This document shows, in pieces, positions 23,801 through 35,989 of a stretch of DNA of 64,000 nt (position 1 is the stretch's first letter; every line of letters starts with the position of its first letter). Position numbers and translations under genes: made by a program. The stretch is from Octopus sinensis (Eukaryota). The notes under the pieces were generated by a model, which searched no databases, was not told the DNA's origin, and was given only the letters and a program-made list of their open reading frames with translations. The stretch spans positions 152,210,001 to 152,274,000 of the forward strand of contig NC_043000.1 of the NCBI RefSeq assembly GCF_006345805.1, read 5' to 3'.

Positions 23801-26799
23801 GCTTATATAGTTATTTCCCTTACAAACCCGAGCAACGCCGGGCGATACTGCTAGTTATATTATATGTTATATAAGTATTAACAACTTGGTTATTTTCTAT
23901 TATTAAGCATTGTTATTGTGTTGCTATCTCCAGCTTTGAACAAGTAGACCAATAATATTTTAATAGGCCATGTGGTTAAAAAAAATTTGCTTTGCAGTCA
24001 TTTGGTTCCAAGTTAGATTTCATTGTGTGCTGTCTTGGTAGATATCTTCTACCATAATCTTGGACAGACAATAAATCTTGTTAATAAAACTGGGTTTAAA
24101 GAATCTGCGAAAAAGCCTATTGAATGGAGTGTACTGATAAACTGTTGTCTCCTTTAACACCACAATATGGCCCTTGTGTGCACTTAACAGAATCCATTCA
24201 GTTTAAAGCATTCAGTCCAGATCTTCACTCTAAGGATAATTTCCTCTCATTCATCTTCCATTGCAACTCTTGCAAAAAAGGTTATGACTAAAATATATAA
24301 AGAAAAATAATTGATTAGACAGACATTGATAACAACAAATACAGTCTCTTAGATGTATTCTATTTATCCTTGTTTTGTATTTTTAAATGCAGTCACAGTG
24401 AACCATGTTGATTTTGGCAATTTCCAAACTTTAACATTGGTGATACCTGTGCTGGTGGCACATAAAAAGCACCATCTGAACGTGGCCGTTGCTAGCGCCG
24501 CCTCGACTGGCTTCTGTGCCGGTGGCACATAAAAAGCACCATCCGAACATGGCTGATGCCAGCGCCGCCTCGACTGGCTTCTGTGCCGGTGGCACATAAA
24601 AAGCACCATCCGAATGTGGCCGATGCCAGCGCCGCCTTGGCTGGCTTCCGTGCCGGTGGCATGTTAAAAGCACCAACCAATCATGGCCGATGCCAGACCC
24701 CACCTGGCACCTGTGCAGGTGGCACGTAAAAAGCACCCACTACACTCGCGGAGTGGTTGGCGTTAGGAAGGGCACCCAGCTGTAGAAACACTGCCAGATC
24801 AGACTGGAGCCTGGTGCAGCCCTGGCTTCCCAGACCCCAGTTGAACCGTCCACCCCGTGCTAGCGCGGAAAATGGACGTTAAACAATGATGATGATGATG
24901 ATGTTGTGGAATACTCATTCATCAACAATTAACGTCCATTTTCCATGCTGGCATGGATTAGACGGTTCAACTGGGACTAGTAAGCTGGAGAGCTGCACCA
25001 GGCTCCAGTTGTCTGTTTTAGTTTGGTTTCTATGGCTGGATGCCCTTCCTAATGCCAACTACTTCACTGAGTGTACTAGGTGTCTTTTGCATGTCACTGG
25101 CATGGGTGCATCTCACATGTCACCTGCACCATTACCTTTTAGTTGTCACTGGCATTGGTGCCTTTTACGTGTCTCCAGCATTAGCAATCACCACGATTCA
25201 TTTAGCTTGATTTGTCTTCTAAAGCACAGCAAATCGCCAGATGCCTTGGCAACTTGTCATTGCCTCCCTGAAGCTCAACAACCGAAGATCATATTTCATC
25301 ACCTTGTCTCATGTCTTCCTGGGTGTACTCATTCCACGGGTTCCCTCCACAATTAGAGATCAGCACGTCTTTACACAGCTGTCTTCATCCATATGTATCA
25401 CATAACCATACCAGCACAGTCTTCTCTCTTGCACACTACATCTGATGCCTCTTATACCCAATTTCTCTCTTAAAACACTTACATTCTGCTGCATAAGCAC
25501 ACTGACATTGCACATCTAGCAAAGCATACTGGCTTCATTTCTTTCAAGCATTTACATGTCCTCAGTAGTCACAGTTCATGTTTCACTGCCATGTAACATG
25601 GCTGTTCATACACAGGCATCATACAATTTGTTTTTCACTCTGAGGGAGAGGCTCTTTGTTACCAACAAAGTTAGAAGCTCTCTGAACTTTGCCCAGCCTG
25701 TTCTTATTTTAACACTTATGCTTTCAAAGCATCCTCCTCCACAGCTGACTTGGTTGCCTATCGACTATCTCCCCCACCCCCGAGGATTTGAAAAGGTCCA
25801 TTTTCTGTAAATTCTCAGTGTTTATTGTACTTGCACATCTGTCACACACAAGAACTACTTTCTCTGTTAATCTTCCTGTGATACTGCCTTGCTTCTTATG
25901 TGCCCATAGCTTGTATGGAGTACACCTTACGGAGTTTCTACCTATATCTTTTCTATGTATTGAGCAGGGCCATCTCCCTGAAGGGATTTGTGATTTGTCT
26001 GTTTTCCTGCTTGCAAGGACTTTGGTCTTTGCTAGATTAACTCTTAGGCCCTTTGATTCCAGACCTTTCTTCAACACCTGAAACTTTTCTAGTTCTGGTA
26101 GTGATTCAGCTATAAGGACAAGGTCAGCAGCATAAAAGAGCTCCCAAGGGCAATCATTCTTAAATTCCTCTGTTATGGCATGGAGGACTAATTTTGATGT
26201 AAGTGCTGGATTGGTAATAATACCACAATACTATAGTTTGGTTTTTAAGGCCTGTGCATTTTAGATATTTAAAAAAATCTATTTTTGGTTCATTAATTTA
26301 AGAATGTTTGTCTTCAGTTAACTGTTGGATATTCACTTGAGTAGTCAGTAATTTTTTCTCCACGACCATTACTATTTAGAGTCTGTTGCAAAGGCACTTA
26401 ATTTTCAAATAGCTCTTTCTTACTGTCCATAATACACATAGAAGGTTAAGATGAAAGATGAACTTACTGCTGTGACAACAGTAAAATTGAGAAGTGTTTT
26501 GTTAAGGATTATTACAATGGCATTAACTACTAATGGTGGGAATGATGTATTATGCTTCAGTTTTCTATTTATAATTTTTTTTTTCTCTTTTACTTGTTTC
26601 AGTCATTTGACTGTGGCCATGCTGGAGCACCGCCTTTAATCGAGCAATTCGACCCTGGGACTTATTCTTTTGTAAGCCCAGTACTTATTCTATCGGTCTC
26701 TTTTTGCCGAACCGCTAAGTAACGGGGACATAAACACACCAGCATCGGTTGTCAAGCAATGCTAGGGGGACAAACACAGACAAACAAACACACACACGC

Positions 26800-26830
<31 letters not shown>

Positions 26831-29800
26831 TACGACGGGCTTCTTTCAGTTTCCGTCTACCAAATCCACTCACAAGGTTTTGGCCGGCCCGAGGCTATAG
26901 TAGAAGACACTTGCCCAAGGTGCCACGCAGTGGGACTGAACCCGGAACCATGTGGTTGGTAAACAAGCTACTTACCACACAGCCACTCCTGTGCCAATTC
27001 AGATTATTCTATTATAGACAAATTATATGATCTCTTTCTCTTTATAAACACTAACGTTGGTAATATTCTCAAAACTGAACTCCACCATGTTGAAATATCT
27101 AACATAACTACTATTTAATTGATTATTTGCTTGCAGGATGTGGTGGAGAACTTTATGCAGAGTCTGCTACCATTGAATCCCCTCATTACCCGCTTAATTA
27201 TTACCACCAAGCAGAATGCTTGTGGAATATAAGAGTTGCTGCTGGAAGTCGTCTCATACTTGTCTTCCTTGACTTCCAGTTAGAGAATTCTTGTATATAT
27301 GATTATTTAGAGGTAAGTAATGACATATAGAGAGAATACCAAACTCATTCCCTATGGATACTGTATTTATTACAACGAGTGGCTTGTAAACGTATCTAAC
27401 GAGCGAAAGCGAGTTAGATACGTTTACAAGCCACTCATTGTAATAAATACGGTATCCATAGGGAATGAGTTTGGTATTTTATTTATTACACACGAATAAA
27501 CGACCATATTTTATTAACCCAATAACTAAATTCTTCACGTTTAGTTGTAACTTATGAATGACAAAAGTAGTGCCGTCACCGTGACCTTGGGTCATCACCA
27601 TAAATTGACCAATCAGAAGCAGCGCTGTCACCATGACCTCGGGTCATCACCATTGATTGACCAATCAGAAGCAGCGCTCGCAGTATCTAACATATGTTAG
27701 ATACCAAAAATATCTCAAAGTATTCTCACTCACATGTGTGTAATAACATCATTGTTGTCATAGTTTCTACATCCATTTTCACTGCTTTCATGGATTTTCC
27801 AGCGCAGCCTTTTGCCATTTGTTGCTGTCTTTTGTCATCTTCTTCCTAATGTTTATCTTGAAATCATCTTTCACCATTTCTTCAGTCTACCTCTTCAACA
27901 GTTTTCTTTTACTTGAATTGCTTGGCATTTCTTTGCCCAAATATCTTCCTACGTAAAAAGCACCCACTACACTCGCAGAGTGGTTGGCGTTAGGAAGGGC
28001 ATCCAGCTGTAGAAACACTGCCAGATCAGACTGGAGCCTGGTGCAGCCCCTGGCTTTTCAGACCCCGGTCGAACCGTCCAACCCGTGCTAGCGCGGAAAA
28101 TGGACGTTAAACGAAGATGATGATGATGATGATATGTATTACAAATCTGTATCAGCACAATTCTCTCTTTTGTACCTTACATCTGATGCCTCATACCCAG
28201 TTTTCCTTTCAGCTTATTTGAACTCTGTTGTTTATGTACACTAACATAATACACCGAGCAGAACAGGCTCACCTCATTTTTTTTCTTAACCTTCACACAT
28301 CATCATGGTCATTATGCATGTTTTGCTACCATGTAACTTCATGTTACTTACACAAGCATCATATAATTTACTTTTCACTTGGAGAGAGAACTTCTTTATT
28401 GCCAGCAAAGGTAATAACTTCCACTCTACTCATACTCTGGTTACTATACTATTAGCTTTCACAGCTAATTAGCTCACCTAGGTAACAGAAGATATCAACT
28501 ACTTTTATCGAGACTTCTGGACATTTAACAAATTTATTTTATAGGTATGTTGCTGCTAACTACTCATGTGCATCTGCTTCTCTTTCAGTCTGTGTTTGAT
28601 TCTAATCTACCCCTTACACACCCATTATTTGCATTAGGAATTTGTATAGAATTCAAGCTTCCACTTTTTCTGCACAGCTAAGAAATAGCCATGTTTATTT
28701 ATTTCTTTACTGTCCACAAGGGGCTAAACTTAGAGGTGACAAACAAGGACAGACAAAGGGATTAAGTCGATTACATCGACCCCAGTGCGAAACTGGTACT
28801 TTATTTATCGACCCCGAAAGGATGAAAGGCAAAGTCGACCTCGGCGGAATTTGAACTCAGAACGTAGCAGCAGACGAAATACCTATTTCTCTATTACCCA
28901 CAAAGGGCTAAACACAGAGGTGACAAACAAGGACAGACAAAGGGATTAAGCTGATTACATCGACCCCAGTGCGAAACTGGTACTTTATTTATCGACTCCG
29001 AAAGGATGAAAGGCAAAGTCAACCTCGGCAGAATTTCGACTTTGCCTTTCATCCTTTCGGGGTCGATAAATAAAGTACCAGTTTCACAGTGGGGTCGATG
29101 TAATCGACTTAATCCCTTTGTCTGTCCTTGTTTGTCACCTCTAAGTTTAGCCCCTTGTGGGCAGTAAAGAAATAAATAAACATGGCTATTTCTTAGCAGG
29201 AAAAAAGGCAGAATTCTTGCCATTCTTATTGTCAGTCAACTAAAACTTATGATTCTAAGGTTTCCTTCCATCTTTGGAAAATTTTCTCTGATTCTTTCAT
29301 GGACTCAGCTATGAGAACTAGGTTGTTGGCATACAGGCAGTCAGTCTTAAACTCTTCTGTTATGGATGTCACTGCTCTCTAGATTCTTCACTGGAAGTTA
29401 TTTGTAATACTCATTTTATTGATGGTATGCAAGAACCTTGCAAGCCATTCATCTACACTGAGTTTTCTTAGTGACAGTTAAACTGCAGAGCATTGTTCTC
29501 TTTCTAAGGCCTTTTCCAGGTCAAAGAATTTTAGTTTATAGTGGCTTTCTCTTTGCTGTAGACCCTTCTTTTGGAAGAAGTGGTTACATGTTCTGGTACC
29601 TCCCAAACAACAAATCATTTTAGCTAATTTTGTTCCAAATTACTTTGTGCTATAACGCTTTTTGCTATCCTTTCTGCTACTATTTTTGAATCTATTTTTT
29701 TCAGCAGTTACATTGTGGAAGAGCTATTGTAACCATCTAAAGACACATGGAAAATGTTGAATTCAATTTTCATTGATTTTGCAGTGTGTCAGATTCAGAT

Positions 29801-32722
29801 ATAAAATGAATGAAAAATCTTAATTATAACAATTTTTGTGTTATTTGAAGTGGTTAAAATGGCTCTCCCACAATGTAAATGCTTCAGTTTTAACACCTCT
29901 GGTCAAGTCATATGCTTGACAAGTACAACTCTGAAGATATTTTTTACCCGATCTGTTATAATTTAGTTATGATTAGTTACAATGTCAAGAAGACCCAATA
30001 CCATTCCTGATGATACACTGTGATGAGTGTATATCTCTTTACTCTTTTACTTGTTTCAGTCATTTGACTGCGGCCATGCTGGAGCACCGCCTTTAGTCGA
30101 GCAAATCGACCCCGGGACTTATTCTTTGTAAGCCCAGTACTTATTCTATCGGTCTCTTTTGCTGAACCGCTAAGTGACGGGGACGTAAACACACCAGCAT
30201 CGGTTGTCAAGCAATGCTAGAGGGACAAACACAGACACACAAACATATACACACACACATATGTATATATACATATATACGACAGGCTTCTTTCAGTTTC
30301 TGTCTACCAAATCCACTTACAAAGCATTGGTCAGCCCGGGGCTATAGTAGAAGACACTTGCCCAAGATGTCACGCAGTGGGACTGAACCCGGAACCATGT
30401 GGTTGGTTAGCAAGCTACTTACCACACAGCCACTCCTATGTTTGTAATTTATGTTCAGCCATTCTTCCTGTTCAATTGTCATTGAACTGCTGCCATGCTG
30501 GGGCATCACCTTGAAGGGTTTAGTTGAACAAATTGATCCCAGTATTTAGTACTTCTTTTTTTTAAAGTTTAATACTTATCCTATCGGTCTCTTTTTGTCA
30601 AACTAAGTTATAGGGACATAAGCAAACCAACACACGTTGTCCAGTGGTGCTGGGATACACACACACACACACACATGCACACATACACACATGTATGTGT
30701 GCATATATACACATACACAAAATGGGTTTCTTTCAGTTTCTGTCCACCAAATTTGCTCACAAGATTTTGATCGGTCTGGGGCTATAGTGCTAGACACTTG
30801 TCCAAGGCTCCATGTAGTGGGACTGAACCTGAGACCATGTGGTTGGGAAGTAAACTTCTAACTACCCAGCCATGCTTGTCCCTACCCAGCCACAATTCAG
30901 ATTTAGAAATTTAATGGGTCATTTTAAAATTTTTTTGTTTCATTTCTTTTATTTTTAGGTTCGGGACACAAACCAGTATGGTGTCAGTCTTGGAAAATTT
31001 TGTGGTATGCAAAAACCTCCAACCCTGACCTCGCTATCGAATCGATTATTTATCAAATTCAGAACTGATGGATCTGTCTCTTATCGTGGTTTTAAATTCA
31101 GCTACAACACTGGTAAACTTCCTTATATTATATTTATCATATTTGTTTAATGATGTTGACAAAGTGAAGATGAAAGTGTTGCAAAATTTTCTTTTGAATT
31201 AGTTTTAGCAGGGACTAGCAATGCCTGGGTGTTATGACCTACAGCCACATTGTATTATTTGCTCCTTCCTTTTGGGCAGAATCGGCACCACTGATATACA
31301 GTTAATAGTGTAATGGAAGTTATTGTTTGTTTAAAAGTGAAGTGGGAGGGTACGGCTTGCATGGGTTTTCATGAAAGTGATTTCTGTTCTTAACCCTTTC
31401 GTTACCGTATTTATTTTGAGATGTTCTGTGTTTCTTCCAATTACTTTAAATATAACAAAGAATTTAGTAAAATAACTTATTTATCATTAAGCTAGTATTA
31501 GGAACATAAATTGTGATTAAGGTTTGGTGGAAGATTTTAATTCAAAACTTATGAAAACAAGACATTTGTATTATAGAGCCAGAGCCGGTTTCAGCCGGAT
31601 TGGTAACGAAAGGGTTAAGAAGGATCACAAACTATGTATTGTTTCATTGTATAAAAAGGGGGTTAATATGATTTTGTCCAGAAATCATTTTCAAAATTTT
31701 AATTTCTTCCCATCCTCACCGCAATTTCTTAATTTGTAACTTTTTCGAATTTTTTTTCTTATCTATGTAGAAAAATACAGAGATTACGAATCTGGGAAAT
31801 ACATATATTTTTTATAGCTTAATCTTTTTTAAGAAACACTCAATGCCCCTTCCCCCCACCTCACCCGCCCATCACCTCCTTGTTTCCACTTATGTCTGAT
31901 GTTTCCGCATGAGTAGAATTCTACTGAAATAGTAAACTTAAAAAGTACCAGACCATCACCAGAAAACCTGACATGCTAGAAACAACAGGTGAACGACATT
32001 ATTTCTGAAGAAACTTCCCCGCTTTCCAAAAATCTAAAAGTGAAACATTGGAAGTATGTAGCTTTTCGACAGTGATGAGGTGATGGGCAAAATTCTTAAA
32101 GATTTGTACTCTCTGTTTTTTCTCCATGGATTACCAAGAAAAAAATATTTGAAAAATATAAAAAATAAATTTGGTGCAGAGAGGGAGAGAAGGAAAATAT
32201 TGAGAACATGTTTTGAGGGTGAAATCCTAATGTCCTGCATATCAAACATAGGAATTGGAAGAAATTTAGGAAAAAAATAAGACTGAGCGGAAATGTCACC
32301 TCGGACATGCTAGAAAGAAGAGGTAAAGGACAGGATTTCTGGGAAAACTTTCTTTTATATTGAAGATCAGGTATTTAAATATGGTCATCACAAACACAAA
32401 TTACAAAATAGAAAAAGATCAATTGGATGTGAGCTTTAAATTTGCTTGTGCACACTGCAAGAAATAACATAATTCACACAGAAGTTTTACTTAGTGTGTG
32501 TGTGTGAAAGGAAGTTATTTTATGGCATTCTTTCATTTGAAGAAGCAAAGTTATCAACTCGACATATATGGGATCATATGATTATTTGTTAATTTCTGTA
32601 AAATTCTTTAAATTTCTTTATACTTTGAAGAGAACAGAAATTGAAAGGGAGGATAAAGTGAAAAGGCGACATTTGCTTTGCAGTGAGAGGAGAAAGTGAA
32701 AGATGTATATGTATAGGAAATG

Positions 32723-32758
<36 letters not shown>

Positions 32759-33045
32759 AGTGTGAGAGAGAGAGAGAGAAAGTGAGTGAGTGAAGGTGTG
32801 TGTTGTGATGTATGAGTTTTTTGTCTGTATGTGTAAGTGTCACTCACTCTCTTTCTCTCTCTCTCTCTCTTACACGCACACACGCACACACACACACACA
32901 CACATCTTTCATATACACATACATAAATAGGCAGAGGTAAAGAATATGTACACCACCCGTTTTTGGTGAAACCCTAACCCTAAACACTGGGTGTGCATAT
33001 TCTTTACCTTCATCCATAAATACATATGCATACATCCTTTTTGTG

Positions 33046-33088
<43 letters not shown>

Positions 33089-35956
33089 TGTTATTTCCTC
33101 ATAACATATAGAGAAATGGATATCTTTATATATAAAAGTCAAGTTGTGTGTGTCTGTCTCCTATGATTTAGATTCCTAACTACTCCCACATTTTGCGGTG
33201 CAGTTTAACCAAAACCGGGTATCTTATAGTCGTGATTCATATCGAGACCTTCTGGGTATTAGCGCACGTCTATGATGTATCTACGATTTTAAAAAAATTT
33301 ACCATCATTTTTTTCCATTTTAATGCATTTTTTCGCTATTATATAAGGGAAGTAACTCTCTAAAAATGTCTACGATGAGTCAACGATTAAAAAAAAAATT
33401 TATCACAATTTTTTTTCCATTTTTAATGCATTTTTTTTGCTATTTTTTGGCTATAACTCTCTAAAAATGCTTATATAGTTATTTCCATTTTAATGCATTT
33501 TTTCGCTATTATATAAGGGAAGTAACTCTTTAAAAATGTCTACGATGAGTCAACGATTTAAAAAAAAAATTACCATAATTTTTTCCCATTTTTAATGCAT
33601 TTTTTTTTTGCTATTTTTTGGCTATAACTCTCTAAAAATGCCTATATAGTTATTTCCCTTACAAACCCGAGCAACGCCAGGCGATACTGCTAGTCTTTTA
33701 ATGTAATTGTTTTGGTTGTAGCTTATGATTGTATTACACTTTTGATTGTATTAATTAAAATAAAGATAAATATATTCCAGTTCCTTGATCTCTGAGCTAT
33801 TTGAAACATCAACAAAGATTAATGCAGATCTAAATGAAACTAATTTAAACACAAACTCTACAGTTGAAATATGATCTATTGATGCATTGATTGTGAGCCA
33901 GATGTAGCCAATAGTATAGGTAATGTAGGCAGAAAATATAATTTGACAACCATATTAGGTGTAGGAGTGGCTGTGTGGTAAGTAGCTTGTTTACCAACCA
34001 CATGGTCCCGGGTTCAGTCCCACTGCATGGCACCTTGGGTAAGTGTCTTCTACTATAGTCTCGGGCTGACCAATGCCTTGTGAGTGGATTTGGCAGACGG
34101 AAACTGAAAGAAGCCTGTCGTATATATGTATATATATATGCGTATGTGTGTGTATTTGTGTGTCTGTGTTTGTTCCCCTAGCATTGCTTGACAACCGATG
34201 CTGGTGTGTTTACGTCCCCGTCACTTAGCGGTTCGGCAAAGAGACCGATAGAATAAGTACTGGGCTTACAAAAAGAATAAGTCTCGGGGTCGAGTTGCTC
34301 GATTAAAGGCGGTGCTCCAGCATGGCCGCAGTCAAATGACTGAAACAAGTAAAAGAGTAAAAGAGTGTGTTTATAAAACACCATGGCTTACAATTATTAA
34401 GGGAAAAACTCATCAGGGAATATGAGTTCATCTTATCAAAATTAAGATGACATCAAACTGGTTTTATAAAAGTCTGATAAATCAACTTACTTGATCTTGT
34501 TCTTTATTTAAAGTAAATTGCTTCTGGGGTATGCTGCTTGAATAAAATAAATTAAAAATGAGAATTAAAGGATGTTACTATTAAGACTACATGGTATTGA
34601 AACTGTTTGAAGATCTTTTTATTTGAAAAGGAAAAAAACATGCAAATCTTTTGCACCAATTTCTTTTAATTTGGCTCACAAGCTTTTTTTTTATTGTGTT
34701 TCTACATCACATTCATTGTTTGTAAAGTGTCAGAGAGTTATTATTGTTTCACTTACTATGGTAGTAGTTTATAATGCTTGTTCTTGGAGTTTTGTTATGC
34801 TTTAGCATTGAGTTTTTGGAAATTAGTAGAGAAGCATATTATATCAAGTTCTGTTGTGTCTGGGGAGAGTCATTCTCTTTTAGTGCCTTATTATTTAACA
34901 CACTCACCGGTAAAATTTCCACTTATTTTTATTTCCTAAAATTTTCGTTGTGTTGCAGCCTTTTCAATAGAAGACTATTGAAAAGGTTGCAATAGTCTTC
35001 TATTGAAAAGGTTGCAACACGCAACGAAAATTTTAGAAAATAAAAATAAGAAATAAGTGGAAATTTTACCGGTGAGTGTGTTAAATAATAAGGCACTAAA
35101 AGAGAATGACTCTCCCCAGAAACAACAGAATATGCTTCAACACATGAACACATATAAAGAATCTTGCAAACCAAATCCAAAAACGAAATATTATATCAAA
35201 TTTTACACTATGCCTATTATGGCATTTTAGCTTAGTGAAGAGAGTTGATCACAAATTCAAGAATGTTGTCTTCATTGATACAAGTCAGTCATTGATAGAC
35301 TTCTATCTTATACTCAGTGTCTTTTTGAAGCTAAATGTGTTTTGGTAATGTATCCTTATTTTGAACTTGATGTATAGCTTTAGGAATTGACCATATATCT
35401 GATATATATCATTTACATTTTCAAAATATTTTTTAACTGGGAGTGGAGGCAAGAGACATTGAAAATAATAAAATTGATGGACTATAAAAAATTTTTAAAA
35501 TTATAAATGGGAAAAAATTTAATTTTTCAGTGTGCAATCAAATGGAATTAACAGATATAAATGGAATTATAGAATCTCCAGGTTTCCCACGACAATATGG
35601 TAACAGAAATAATTGCACTTGGGTTATCAGAGCCCTTTATCGGAATAATGTCAGGCTTGAATTTTCTCATTTTGATACTGAACCAGGATTAAATTGCAAA
35701 TATGACTATTTAGAAGTAAGTGAATTGTTTTCAGTTTTATTATATTTTGGATACAAAATAATAATAATGATAATAATAATAATAATAATAATGGGCACAG
35801 GAGTGGCTGTGTGGTAAGTAGCTTGCTAGCCAGCCACATGGTTCCGGGTTCAGTCCCACTGCGTGGCATCTTGGGCAAGTGTCTTTTGCTATAGCCCCAG
35901 GCCAACCAATGTCTTGTGAGTGGATTTGGTAGACGGAAACTGAAAGAAGCCTGTCG

Positions 35957-35989
<33 letters not shown>

